A program made the translations under genes and the position numbers. From Comamonadaceae bacterium (GTDB taxonomy: Bacteria; Pseudomonadota; Gammaproteobacteria; Burkholderiales; Burkholderiaceae_C), in the NCBI GenBank assembly GCA_021299555.1, contig JAJTGH010000033.1, positions 1-63,538 on the forward strand: a stretch of DNA of 63,538 nt. The letters are read 5' to 3'. Positions 9,905 through 19,866 of the stretch are shown one piece after another. The notes under the pieces are model-generated. The model was not told the origin of the DNA and did no database searches. It saw only the letters and a program-made list of their open reading frames with translations. The first letter of the stretch is position 1, and every line of letters begins with the position of its first letter.

Positions 9905-10089
9905 CCCCTCTGTTTGGAACCTGAGAGATTCACCCGGACTGCGCCGGGCTTGCTCCTGCGGTGGGCGCAGACCTGTGACTGCGCCTCTCTTCAGAGTGTG
10001 ATGTGCCGGCCGGTCCTTTGAGCCTGAGAGTTTCCGGGGCGGTTGCTCCTTCGGCGCCGCTCTGACGAGCAGTCTCTCCCGGCTGGCAC
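9905..10089 (-). ncRNA. Tandem glycine riboswitch
   Basis: Minus strand aptamer 1: GGAGAGA...CGCCGAAGGAGCAA...GAAACTCTCAGGC..AAAGGAC, closed by GTGCCAGCCGG/CCGGCCGGCAC. Aptamer 2: CTCTGAAGAGA...CACCGCAGGAGCAA...AATCTCTCAGGTTCCAAACAGAG. Lies 5' of the dehydrogenase. Confidence 0.9.
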
Positions 10090-10101
10090 GTTGATCAAAA
10101 A

Positions 10102-11295
10102 CTAATCGTCCTGCTTCGACAGATACTGCTCGACCAGCGCCAGCCAAAGGCGTGCACCCGGTTCAATCAGATCGTCATTGAAATCATAACCTGGATTGTG
10201 CACCATGCAGGCACCGGCCGTTCCAGGACCGCCGTTGCCCACCAGCACATAGCAGCCAGGCACCCGCTCGAGCATGAAGGCAAAGTCTTCGCTGGCCGTC
10301 AGCGGCCGGGCATCGGTGTGCACCCGATCGGCGCCAAAGAGCTCGAGCGCCACCTGCGTGGCCAGGCGCGTGGGCTCGGCCGCATTGACCAGCACCGCAT
10401 AGCCGTCACGCCAGTCGATCTCGGCACGCACTTTGAAGCTGGCGGCCTGCGCATTGACCAACTCGAAAATGCGTTGCCTGAGCAGCGAGCGCACCTGCGG
10501 GTCGAGTGCGCGAACACTCAACTCGAGTTGGGCCTGGGCCGCAATGACGTTGTTGGCCTGACCGGCCTGGAGCGCGCCGACGGTGACGACCGCAGTTTGC
10601 AGCGGATCCACATTGCGCGAGACCACGGTCTGCAAGGCCATGACGATGGCGGCGGCCGCAACCACCGGGTCGGCGGTGGTCTGCGGCATGGCGCCGTGAC
10701 CACCAATGCCATGCAAGGTGATGCTGGCGTAGTCGCTCGAGGCCATGGACGGGCCTTCGCGAAAATAAAAATGCCCAGCCTCCAGGCCCGGCATGTTGTG
10801 CAGCGCGAACACCGCATCGCAGGCAAACCGATCAAACAGGCCGTCGGCCATCATGCGCAGCGCACCTGCGCCGCCCTCTTCGGCCGGCTGGAAAATCAGG
10901 TGCACAGTGCCCTGGAATTGGGCATCCTCGGCAATCAGGCGGGCGGCGGCCAGCAAGATGGCGGTGTGGCCATCGTGCCCGCACGCATGCATCAGGCCCG
11001 GCTGACGGCTGGACCAGGCGCAGCCTGAAGCTTCGGTGATCGGCAGCGCGTCCATGTCGGCGCGCAGCCCCAGCCGTTTGCCGCCCTGGCCACGCGAGAG
11101 TCGACCCACCACGCCGGTGCCGCCGATGCCCGTGAACACCTCGTAGCCCCATTGGGCGAGCTTGCCAGCGACCAAAGCGGATGTGCGATGCTCCTGAAAA
11201 CCGAGCTCAGGGTGGGCATGCAGGTCGCGGCGGATGCTCACGAACTGGCCCATGCGCGCGGCCAGCGCATCACCGAGGTAAGCCGAACGCATCAT
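10102..11295 (-). CDS. M20 (Acy1/HipO-like) amidohydrolase
   Basis: RRDLHAHPELGFQE, LRADMDALP, MHACGHDGH, FQPAEEG, GGHGAMP, SEDFAF, HNPGYDFND. Confidence 0.92.
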   Translation of the reverse strand: MMRSAYLGDALAARMGQFVSIRRDLHAHPELGFQEHRTSALVAGKLAQWGYEVFTGIGGTGVVGRLSRGQGGKRLGLRADMDALPITEASGCAWSSRQPGLMHACGHDGHTAILLAAARLIAEDAQFQGTVHLIFQPAEEGGAGALRMMADGLFDRFACDAVFALHNMPGLEAGHFYFREGPSMASSDYASITLHGIGGHGAMPQTTADPVVAAAAIVMALQTVVSRNVDPLQTAVVTVGALQAGQANNVIAAQAQLELSVRALDPQVRSLLRQRIFELVNAQAASFKVRAEIDWRDGYAVLVNAAEPTRLATQVALELFGADRVHTDARPLTASEDFAFMLERVPGCYVLVGNGGPGTAGACMVHNPGYDFNDDLIEPGARLWLALVEQYLSKQDD

Positions 11296-12293
11296 CACTG
11301 GGGCTGCAGGTTGATGGCGCGCGCGATGGCTCGGTATTTTTCGGTGTTGTCGGCATAGACCTTGGCCACGGCCGGCAGCGCTTGTGGCCGGGGCACGATC
11401 ATGGCATGCGCCTCAAGCGCGCTGCGCACGGCCGGATCGTTGGCCACCTCGCTCAGGGCCTTGTGCAAGGCCTGCACGATGGGCTCGGGCGTGTCCTTGC
11501 GCACAAAATAGCCGGCCCAGATGTCGAACACAAAGCCCTTGAGGGCTGGGGTGTCGTTCAGGGGCTGGGCCTTCTTGATCAGATCCTGCCGGTCGGCCGA
11601 CAGCACGGCCACGGTCTTGAGCTTGCCCTCTTCGACCAGTCCCACCTGACCCTTGCCATAAGGGGTCATGAAGACATCGACCAGGCCGCCCATCATGTCC
11701 TGGAAGGCCGGCGCAGCGCCCTTGTAAGGCACGTGGGTCATGGCAATGCCGCTGACCTTGGACATGTGCTCGCCCAGCAGGTGATACAGCGAGCCGGGAC
11801 CCACGCTGGCATAGGTCAGGGGTTTGCCGGCCGCGGCCGACTTGCGGGCGTAGGCCAGCAGCTCCTCGCCGTTGCTCGCGGGCAGGTCCTTGCGGGCGAA
11901 CATGGCCATGGGGTTGATGGTGATCATCTGCACCAGGCGAAAGTCTTCGGGCTTGTACTTGAGGGCCGCGTTGGACATGGGCGCCAGGATCAACTCGTTG
12001 GGTGAGCCCTGGAAAATCATATGCCCATCGGCGGGGCTGGTCAGCATCTTCTGTGCCGCAATGCCACCGCTGGCGCCGCCAAGGTTTTCCACCAAGACGG
12101 GCTGGCCCAAGTGCTTGGCCAGAGCATTGTTGAGCGTGCGGGCGATCACGTCGGACAGCCCGCCGGCCGGGTAAGGCACCATCAGCGTGACTGGTTTGCT
12201 GGGAAAGCCCTGGGCCAGGGCCAAGCCCGTAGTGGCGACGCAGGCCAGAGCCAGGGCGCAGCGGCGAAAGAGGGAATGCGAAGCAGTGAACAT
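11295..12293 (-). CDS. Bug/TctC solute receptor
   Basis: FPSKPVTLMVPYPAGGLSD, VENLGGASG, HVPYKG. Confidence 0.9.
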   Translation of the reverse strand: MFTASHSLFRRCALALACVATTGLALAQGFPSKPVTLMVPYPAGGLSDVIARTLNNALAKHLGQPVLVENLGGASGGIAAQKMLTSPADGHMIFQGSPNELILAPMSNAALKYKPEDFRLVQMITINPMAMFARKDLPASNGEELLAYARKSAAAGKPLTYASVGPGSLYHLLGEHMSKVSGIAMTHVPYKGAAPAFQDMMGGLVDVFMTPYGKGQVGLVEEGKLKTVAVLSADRQDLIKKAQPLNDTPALKGFVFDIWAGYFVRKDTPEPIVQALHKALSEVANDPAVRSALEAHAMIVPRPQALPAVAKVYADNTEKYRAIARAINLQPQ

Positions 12294-12346
12294 GGATGGT
12301 CTCCTCGTCAGTTGAATGTGAAGCCAATGCTAAGCAGCCCACTTGG

Positions 12347-12361
12347 ATGCGTCTATTGCAT
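12347..12361. promoter_or_regulatory. LysR-type binding site ATGC-N7-GCAT
   Basis: ATGCGTCTATTGCAT (T-N11-A dyad) between divergent bug and lysR. Confidence 0.55.
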
Positions 12362-12409
12362 AATTTTTCTGATAATCATGCAATTTAAGAATGTTTGAAG
12401 ACCCCAGAT

Positions 12410-13357
12410 ATGAACATCCGCAGCCTGGAGCACCTTTTGGCGGTGGCTGAAACCGGCTCTTTCAGCAAAGCGGCTGAGCGCTGCTTCCTGACCCAATCGG
12501 CGCTCAGTCGCAGCATCCAGACCCTGGAGAGCGACCTGGGCGGAAAGTTGCTCGACCGAATCGGCAAGCGCAACGAGCTCACTCCTCTGGGCCAGCAGGT
12601 GGTCGAGCGCTCGCGCGCGATCGTGCGCGAGGCGGCTGAACTCAAGCGTGGCGCCGAGTTGCTGCAAGACGGAGCCGGTCTGATTCGGGTGGGCCTGGGC
12701 TCGGGCCCAGGCGCCCTGTTGATGCAGCCGCTGATGCGCCTGGCGGCCGAGCAACACCCACGGGTGCGGGTCAGCATCGCCCGCGGCCCGACCGAGTTGC
12801 AACTGGTGCAATTGCGGACCCGCCAGCTCGACGCGATGGTGGTCGATGCACGGCGCGTACAGCCCGCCCCAGACCTGCGGATCGAGTCCCTGGGCGAGTT
12901 GCGCGCCGGCTTCATTTGTCGCGCCGACCACCCGTTGGCGCGCAAGCGGCGGGTCAGCATGGCGCAGATGCTGACCTATCCGTTGGCCGGCATCCCGCTG
13001 TCGGCCGAAGTCTCACGCACCCTGCTCGAGCAATACGGGCCGGGCACGCAGGCGGAAAACATCACCGCCATCGTTTGCGATGACATCGCCGCCCTGATCG
13101 CCACGGTCGAGCAGAGCCAGGCGATTTACCTGGGCATCGTGGCGGCGGCGCGCGAGGGCTTGCAGGCCGGCCGACTGGTCGAGCTCAAGGTCGAACCGGA
13201 GCTGGGCATCGGGGCACGCTTTGCCTATGTGAGCCTGAGTGGGCGCACCGAAGCGCCGGTGATGAAATTGCTGCGCCAGTTGGTGCAAGAGCACCTGAGC
13301 GATGCGCCCGAGCCGCGAGCCAAGACAATCGCCCGGGGCAAAACGTCAAGATCTTGA
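12410..13357 (+). CDS. LysR family transcriptional regulator
   Basis: MNIRSLEHLLAVAETGSFSKAAERCFLTQSALSRSIQTLE HTH. Confidence 0.93.
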   Translation: MNIRSLEHLLAVAETGSFSKAAERCFLTQSALSRSIQTLESDLGGKLLDRIGKRNELTPLGQQVVERSRAIVREAAELKRGAELLQDGAGLIRVGLGSGPGALLMQPLMRLAAEQHPRVRVSIARGPTELQLVQLRTRQLDAMVVDARRVQPAPDLRIESLGELRAGFICRADHPLARKRRVSMAQMLTYPLAGIPLSAEVSRTLLEQYGPGTQAENITAIVCDDIAALIATVEQSQAIYLGIVAAAREGLQAGRLVELKVEPELGIGARFAYVSLSGRTEAPVMKLLRQLVQEHLSDAPEPRAKTIARGKTSRS

Positions 13358-13369
13358 GCGAAAGCCGGC

Positions 13370-13943
13370 TCAGCAGCCCAGCAGATCGGCCAGGTGCCCG
13401 ATGTCGCGGGCATGCAGCTCATTGCCGGCTTGCGGGCTGACGTCCTTGATGTGGGCCGCGCCAAACTCGAGCGGGCGCTCAATGTAAGCCGTGCGCAGAC
13501 CACAGGCCCGGGCGGCCTCCAGGTCGTCATGGTGGGCGGCGCAAAGCATCACTTCGCCCGGCGCCAGATCGAACACCTGCGCCACACCCAGGTAAGTGGC
13601 CGGATCGGGCTTGTAGGCCCGGAACACCTCGGCAGACAGCACGCAGTCCCAGGGCAGGCCCGATCGCTTGGCCATGTTGGTCAGCAGGCCGAGGTTGCCA
13701 TTGGACAGGGGGGTGAGTGTGTGACGGGCTTTGAGGCGCGTCAGGCCAGCCACCGCATCGGGCCAGGGGTCGAGCCGATGCCAGATGCGATTGAGGTGAA
13801 CGGCCAGCCCGCCAAGCCAGGGCAAAGGCATCGGCGTCAACTTGCGGGTAGAGCGCAGCGACCTCACGCACGATGCTGCCGTGCCAATCAACCACGGTGC
13901 CAAAGACGTCAAAGGCCAAAACGACTGGCATCGGTGCTTGCAT
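13370..13943 (-). pseudogene. Haloacid dehalogenase type II with internal deletion and frameshift near 13803
   Basis: N-part LAFDVFGTVVDW...FALAWRAG in one frame; C-part HLNRIWHRLDPWPD...LSNGN...YKPDP...AAHHDDL in another. Confidence 0.85.
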
Positions 13944-14037
13944 GGAGATCGCGCCCATCAATAAAAACCGGACACTTTAAACCCGAAAGCGCAACCTGGG
14001 CACATGGACACTTGGGCGCTTGCACGGCTGCAAGGGA

Positions 14038-15921
14038 TCACGCCAGCAAGGCATTGACCCGGCGCACATAAGCGGCCGGATCATCGGGCAGGCCCCCTTC
14101 GGCCAACAAGGCCTGGTCGAACAAGATGTGCGCGTAGTCATCAAAGGAGGCCTCAGCGGTCTCGAGTTTCTTGACCAGCGGATGCGAGGCATTGACCTCC
14201 AGGATGGGCTTGACACTGGGTGCGCTCTGGCCTGCGGCCTTGAGCATGCGCGCCAGCTGCAAGGACATGCCGTCGTCTTGCACCACCAGGCAGGCGGGAG
14301 AGTCCACCAGCCGGGTGGTGGCGCGCACATCGGCGGCCCGCTCCTTAAGGACTTCCTTGATCCGATCGAGCACCGGCTTGAATTGCTCCTGCGCCTGCTC
14401 GGCCGCTTTCTTTTCTTCTTCGTCCTGCAACTTGCCCAAGTCGACCGCGCCCTTGGCCACCGACTGCAGGGGCGTGCCGTCAAATTCGTGCAGGAAGGAC
14501 AAGGCCCATTCGTCGACCCGGTCGCTCATGAGCAGCACCTCGATGCCCTTTTTGCGAAAGATCTCGAGCTGTGGGCTGCTCTTGGCTGCAGCCTGGGTGT
14601 CGGCGGTGATGTAATAAATGGCCTCCTGGCCTTCCTTCATGCGCGCCTTGTAATCCACCAGCCCCACGCTGAGCGTGTCGGTGGTCGAGGAGGCAAAGCG
14701 CAGCAATTTGGCCAGCCGCTCGCGGTTGGAGAAGTCTTCGCCCAGGCCTTCTTTGAGGACCGCGCCAAACTCTGCGTAAAAGGTCTTGAACTTCTCGGGC
14801 TCGTTGCTGGCCAGGTCCTCGATCATGGAGAGCACTCGGCGTGTATTGCCCTCCCGGATGGCCTTGACCGCGCGGCTTTCCTGCAAGATTTCGCGAGAAA
14901 CATTGAGCGGCAGATCGCTGGAATCGACCACGCCTTTGACGAAGCGCAGATACACCGGCAGCAAGGCCTGCGCATCGTCCATGATGAACACACGCTTGAC
15001 GTAGAGCTTGACCCCGGGCGCCTTGTCCCGGTTGTACAGGTCCATGGGTGCCTTGGCCGGGATGAACAGCAGCTGCGTGTATTCGGTCGAGCCCTCCACC
15101 CGGTTGTGCGTGGTGGCCAGCGGTGCAGCCTGGTCGTAGCTGATCTGCTTGTAAAACTCGTCGTACTGCTCGGCCGTGATGTCCTTTTTCGGGCGGGTCC
15201 ACAGGGCACTGGCCTTGTTGACCGTCTCCCACTCATCGGTGCGCACCATCTGGCCGGGCTGGTCGTTCTCGCCGTCCTTCCACTGTTCCTTGGGCATGAG
15301 AATGGGCAAGGAAATGTGGTCGGAATATTTGTTGATGATGCCCTTGAGCTTCCAGGCGCCCAGGTAATCGCCTGAGTCCTCCTTGAGGTGCAAGGTGATG
15401 CGGGTGCCGCGCTCGGCGCGGGTGATCTGATCGACCTCGAAGTCGCCGCTGCCGGTGCTGCTCCATCGCACCGCCTGATCGGCCGGCAAGCCAGCACGCC
15501 GGCTTTCCACGGTGATGCGGTCGGCAACGATGAAACCTGAATAAAAGCCAACGCCAAATTGACCAATGAGCTGGGCGTCGTTTTTCTGGTCGCCGGTCAG
15601 CCGACCCATGAATTCGCGGGTGCCACTTTTGGCGATCGTGCCCAGGTTGTCTATGGCCTCCTGCTGCGACAAACCAATGCCGTTGTCGGTGATGCTCAGG
15701 GTGCGGCTGTCTTTGTCAAAGTCCACCCGGACATCCAGATCCGGAGCGTCTTCAAACAGGGCCGGATCGTTGAGCGCCTCGAACCGCAGCTTGTCGCATG
15801 CATCGGATGCATTGGAAATGAGCTCGCGCAGGAAAATATCCGGATTGGAATAAAGAGAATGGGTGACCAGCTTGAGCAGCTGGGCCACCTCGGCCTGGAA
15901 GGAATGGGTCTGGGTTGTCAT
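14038..15921 (-). CDS. htpG: Chaperone HtpG (Hsp90)
   Basis: [50 protein letters not shown]. Confidence 0.97.
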   Translation of the reverse strand: MTTQTHSFQAEVAQLLKLVTHSLYSNPDIFLRELISNASDACDKLRFEALNDPALFEDAPDLDVRVDFDKDSRTLSITDNGIGLSQQEAIDNLGTIAKSGTREFMGRLTGDQKNDAQLIGQFGVGFYSGFIVADRITVESRRAGLPADQAVRWSSTGSGDFEVDQITRAERGTRITLHLKEDSGDYLGAWKLKGIINKYSDHISLPILMPKEQWKDGENDQPGQMVRTDEWETVNKASALWTRPKKDITAEQYDEFYKQISYDQAAPLATTHNRVEGSTEYTQLLFIPAKAPMDLYNRDKAPGVKLYVKRVFIMDDAQALLPVYLRFVKGVVDSSDLPLNVSREILQESRAVKAIREGNTRRVLSMIEDLASNEPEKFKTFYAEFGAVLKEGLGEDFSNRERLAKLLRFASSTTDTLSVGLVDYKARMKEGQEAIYYITADTQAAAKSSPQLEIFRKKGIEVLLMSDRVDEWALSFLHEFDGTPLQSVAKGAVDLGKLQDEEEKKAAEQAQEQFKPVLDRIKEVLKERAADVRATTRLVDSPACLVVQDDGMSLQLARMLKAAGQSAPSVKPILEVNASHPLVKKLETAEASFDDYAHILFDQALLAEGGLPDDPAAYVRRVNALLA

Positions 15922-15929
15922 GGAGGGCG

Positions 15930-15957
15930 ATTTGGGGGCGCAGAGACGGGTTTCAAG
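15930..15957 (-). promoter_or_regulatory. Sigma-32 (RpoH) promoter of htpG
   Basis: CTTGAAA-N13-CCCCAAAT on the minus strand versus consensus CTTGAAA-N13/14-CCCCATNT. Confidence 0.75.
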
Positions 15958-15999
15958 ACCCCGACTATGTCATGATCGCGAACTTCACCCTCGTGATGC

Positions 16000-16608
16000 A
16001 TGAACGCCTCAGAATTTTGGGCGCTGGTTGCGCTGGCCACCGCCATGAGCTTTACGCCCGGCCCCAACACCACCTTGTCGACCGCCCTGGCCGCCAACGG
16101 CGGGCTGCGACATGCCCTGCCCTTTGTCTGCTCGGTGCCGGTGGGCTGGTCCCTGCTGCTGCTCGCCTGCGGCCTGGGCCTGGGCGCGCTGATTCTGGCC
16201 GTCCCGGCGCTGGTCTGGGTGGTCAAGGCCATGGGCGTGGGCTACCTGTGGTGGCTGGCTGCCAAGCTGGCGCGCACGAGCCGGCTTGGCGAGGCTGGCG
16301 AGCGCCTGAAAGTCGGCTTTTTTCAGGGGATGGCACTGCAATTTGTGAACATCAAGGCCTGGATGCTGGCGCTGACCGTGGTCAGCGGCTGGGTGGCCGG
16401 GCATGGCGATCTGACCGCCCGCCTGTCTATGGTGCTGCCGATCATGATGGTGTTTGCGCTGGGCAGCAACCTGAGCTATGCCCTGGTCGGCTCGATGCTG
16501 CGCCATTGGCTGGCCGGCCCTGACGGAACGGCCCGGCGGTTGGTGTGGTTCAACCGCAGCATGGCCACAGTCTTGGTACTCACCGGCCTGTGGATGCTGA
16601 CGCGGTGA
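16000..16608 (+). CDS. LysE family translocator
   Basis: SFTPGPN, GMALQFVNIKAW, hydrophobic, about 200 aa. Confidence 0.88.
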   Translation: MNASEFWALVALATAMSFTPGPNTTLSTALAANGGLRHALPFVCSVPVGWSLLLLACGLGLGALILAVPALVWVVKAMGVGYLWWLAAKLARTSRLGEAGERLKVGFFQGMALQFVNIKAWMLALTVVSGWVAGHGDLTARLSMVLPIMMVFALGSNLSYALVGSMLRHWLAGPDGTARRLVWFNRSMATVLVLTGLWMLTR

Positions 16609-17537
16609 ACGCAGGCCCGAACCTTCGCCGCGGTCTGCTGCTCGGTCTGGTGGCTGTGGTGATTTTTTCCGCCACCCTGCCGATCACCCGGCTGGCGGTG
16701 GGCACGCCAGCGGAGCCTCAACTCTCAGGCATCTTCGTGGCGCTCGGGCGGGCGGTGCTGGCGGCTTTGCTTTCAGCGCTGTACCTGCTGGCGGTGCGCG
16801 CGCCCTGGCCAGATCGAGAGCACTGGCGCGCATTGCTCATCATTTCAGCCGGCGTGGTGCTCGGCTTTCCGCTGTGCACCTCGGTGGCGCTTGAGCATGT
16901 GGAGGCGGTCCATGCCAGCGCCATCCAAGGGGCGCTGCCGCTGTTTACCGCCGTGCTCGGGGCACTGCTCAACCGCCAGAGGCCGTCGCTGGGCTTTTGG
17001 GTCTGCGCCAGCCTGGGCAGCGCATTGGTCATTGGCTACGCCCTGCTCAAAGGCGGACCGAGCGCCTGGGTGATACATCCGGCCGATGCGCTGCTGCTGC
17101 TGGGCATGCTTCTCGCCTCGATGGGTTACGTCTGGGGCGCCAGGCTGTCGGGTCGCATGCCGCCCGAACAGGTCATTTGCTGGTCACTGGTGGTGGCCCT
17201 GCCCGTGACAGTGCCTGGCAGCTTGCTGAGTTTGCCCACACAGGCCATGCACTCCAGCACCTGGTTTTCACTCGTGTATTTGGCCTTGTTCCCGATGTGG
17301 ATCGGCTTTTTCTTCTGGTACCGCGGTCTGTCGGTGGGCGGGACGGTGCGGGTGAGCCAGGTGCAGTTGCTGCAGCCATTTTTGTCCATGCTGTTTGCCG
17401 TGGCCCTGCTGGGCGAGCGGCTCGATGCGCTGACCGTCGGCTTTGCTGCGGCCGTGCTGGGCACGGTGCTGATCGGGCGCAAGATGGCCATTGAACCCAG
17501 GCCCAGACCCAAGCCCGAGTCCGAGTCCGAGCCTTAA
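16605..17537 (+). CDS. DMT/EamA family transporter
   Basis: About 10 hydrophobic segments, FWYRGL, VSQVQLLQPF; GTG start overlaps lysE stop (GTGA). Confidence 0.88.
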   Translation: MNAGPNLRRGLLLGLVAVVIFSATLPITRLAVGTPAEPQLSGIFVALGRAVLAALLSALYLLAVRAPWPDREHWRALLIISAGVVLGFPLCTSVALEHVEAVHASAIQGALPLFTAVLGALLNRQRPSLGFWVCASLGSALVIGYALLKGGPSAWVIHPADALLLLGMLLASMGYVWGARLSGRMPPEQVICWSLVVALPVTVPGSLLSLPTQAMHSSTWFSLVYLALFPMWIGFFFWYRGLSVGGTVRVSQVQLLQPFLSMLFAVALLGERLDALTVGFAAAVLGTVLIGRKMAIEPRPRPKPESESEP

Positions 17538-17602
17538 AAAGGCGCGGGGCCCTCCAGGGCCACGCCCGGGCCGGGACGCGCTGCGGCGCTAGACTGCCAG
17601 CC

Positions 17603-18763
17603 ATGACGACGATCGCGCGCATCGACAGCCACATCCTCCATGTCTCGGCCAAAACCAATTGGTGGTTCTTGGCCGTGACCGACTCCAGCGGCGCGGTGGG
17701 CTGGGGTGAAGGCTCGCTCAATGGGTGGGAACCGGTTTTGGATGCGCTGACCGGGCATATGCGCCCCCAATGGATAGGCCTGACCCTGGAGCAGGCTGCG
17801 CAGCAGATCCGGGTCAACCCGGGCGCCGTGACCGGCCTGACCGGGCACTGCGTGGTCAGCGCTTTTTTACAAGCCGTGCTCAGTCTGCAGTCGCAACACG
17901 CCCAAAAAGCGCCCCATGAATTGCTCGGGCCACTGCGCCGCGACCGGCTGCCCGTGTACGCCAACATCAACCGGGCCACGATCGAGCGCAGTCCCGCCGG
18001 CTTTGTGGCCACCGCCCGGCGCGCCCGGGCCCAGGGCTACACCCGTTTCAAGGCAGCGCCTTTCGATGGCCTCAGCCCGCAGTTGTGCGCAACGCGGGAG
18101 GGGCGCATGCGGATTGGGCATGGCATCGATTGCATGGCCGCTTTGCGCGATGCGATGGGGCCCGACGCCCTGCTGATGGTGGACTGTCACTGGCGCTTTG
18201 ACGAGGCCAGCGCGGTGCAAACCCTGCGTGACCTCGAGCCGATCGGCCTGCACTGGTTTGAATGTCCGCTGGCTGAAACACACACCCACTGGGCCGCCAT
18301 GCGGCGCGTGCGACAGGCGGCCAACGACCGAGGCGTGATGCTGGCTGCCGCCGAAACCCAGGTGGGCCTGGCGTCTTTTCAGACCCTGTTTGACGAAGGC
18401 CTCTACGACGTGGTGATGCCCGATGTGAAATACTGCGGCGGCCCCTGGGAGATGCTGCGCATCGCCGAGCGGGCGGCCGAAAGAGGTGTGCGGTTTTCGC
18501 CTCACAACCCCACGGGGCCAGTATGCACCTGGCACAGCCTGCAGGTCGCTCTGGTGGCGCCCGAATGCGCCATGCTGGAAGTGCAGTTTGAAGAAAGCGA
18601 ATTGACCGATCGCGTCAGCCAGGGCGTGGACTTGCAAGTCCAGCAAGGTGGCCTGCGCCCGCCGCCAGCGCATCGACGGGTGCAACAGCTGGACCGGGCC
18701 GTGTTGGCCGGCCACCCTTACCAAAGCGTGCCGCCAGGGATCGAATCACAGCTCAATGCCTGA
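17603..18763 (+). CDS. Enolase-superfamily (mandelate racemase/galactonate dehydratase-like) enzyme
   Basis: GWGEG, VYANINR, FKAAPFD, MVDCHWRF, WFECP, AAAE, PDVKYCGG, PHNPTGP. Confidence 0.82.
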   Translation: MTTIARIDSHILHVSAKTNWWFLAVTDSSGAVGWGEGSLNGWEPVLDALTGHMRPQWIGLTLEQAAQQIRVNPGAVTGLTGHCVVSAFLQAVLSLQSQHAQKAPHELLGPLRRDRLPVYANINRATIERSPAGFVATARRARAQGYTRFKAAPFDGLSPQLCATREGRMRIGHGIDCMAALRDAMGPDALLMVDCHWRFDEASAVQTLRDLEPIGLHWFECPLAETHTHWAAMRRVRQAANDRGVMLAAAETQVGLASFQTLFDEGLYDVVMPDVKYCGGPWEMLRIAERAAERGVRFSPHNPTGPVCTWHSLQVALVAPECAMLEVQFEESELTDRVSQGVDLQVQQGGLRPPPAHRRVQQLDRAVLAGHPYQSVPPGIESQLNA

Positions 18764-18787
18764 GCGGTCGCAGGACCGGCACCCGAT

Positions 18788-19747
18788 TCAATCGGCGCGG
18801 ATGTTCTTTTCAGCGGCCAGCTTTTTCCAGCGGGCCACATCGCCACTGACACGCGCAGCAAAAGCCTGCGGTGTTGCAGGCGCAGGGTCGCAAGAGAGCG
18901 TGGCCAGGCGGGCCTTGACCTCGGGCTGCTCGAGCGCCTGATTGATGACGATGTTCATGCGCTCAATGACAGCAGCGGGGGTTCCTGCGGGAGCCAGTAC
19001 GCCAAACCACGCCACGGTTTCGAAGCCGGGCAGCACCTCGGCCAGGGCTGGCACATCGGGCAGGCTGTGATGCCGCTTGGCCGTCGTCACGGCCAGGGCC
19101 TGCACCTTGCCGGCCTTGATCTGGGCCGACCACGGTGGCAGGTTGCCTATCATCACCTGAGACTCACCACCGAGCACGCCAGCCACGGCAGGGGCCGAGC
19201 CCTTGTAGGGAATGTGGGTCATATCGACACCGGTCAGGCTCTTGAACAGCTCGGCCGACAAATGGGCGGAACTGCCAACCCCACCCGATGCGTAGTTGAC
19301 CTTGCCCGGATTGGCCTTGGCATAGGCGATGAATTCACCGACGCTGGCTGCCTTGACGCCGGGGCTGACGACCATCACGTTGGGCGCGGTGCAAATCATG
19401 GCCACCGGCACGAAATCCTTGACCACGTCATACGGCAGTTTGGCGTATATGCCGGCATTGACACCGTGCGAGCCAGCATTGCCCACGATCATGGTGTAGC
19501 CGTCGGGCGCCGCTTTGGCGACCGCATCGGAGCCGAGCACGCCGCCGGCGCCGGGCTTGTTGTCAATCACGACCGGCTGGCCGAGCTCGCGCGAGATTCT
19601 CTCGGCAATCAGGCGACCCGTGATGTCCGAACCATCGCCCGGCGTGCTGGGCACAACCCAGCGCACCGGCTTGACCGGATAGCTCTGCGCCCAGGCGGAC
19701 GTGATCGCACAGGCAGCCACACACAACAACCACGAACGCACAGCCAT
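18788..19747 (-). CDS. Bug/TctC solute receptor
   Basis: YPVKPVRWVVPSTPGDGSD, DNKPGAGG, HIPYKGS. Confidence 0.9.
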   Translation of the reverse strand: MAVRSWLLCVAACAITSAWAQSYPVKPVRWVVPSTPGDGSDITGRLIAERISRELGQPVVIDNKPGAGGVLGSDAVAKAAPDGYTMIVGNAGSHGVNAGIYAKLPYDVVKDFVPVAMICTAPNVMVVSPGVKAASVGEFIAYAKANPGKVNYASGGVGSSAHLSAELFKSLTGVDMTHIPYKGSAPAVAGVLGGESQVMIGNLPPWSAQIKAGKVQALAVTTAKRHHSLPDVPALAEVLPGFETVAWFGVLAPAGTPAAVIERMNIVINQALEQPEVKARLATLSCDPAPATPQAFAARVSGDVARWKKLAAEKNIRAD

Positions 19748-19866
19748 ACCGACCTCCAGGAAAAAAAGGAAAATGCCTGCGCCTGAAAGACTGAAACAGC
19801 CAAGGCCGCCGACAGGATGCAGTCAGATTCTGACAGGTCTGCACACCCACCGACACAGGGAATTAC

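Noticed and set aside
17488-17534. Pro/Glu-Ser repeat (CCCAGG/CCGAGT-like hexamers) at the DMT C-terminus
   Set aside because: Short low-complexity tail, not an array or contingency locus.
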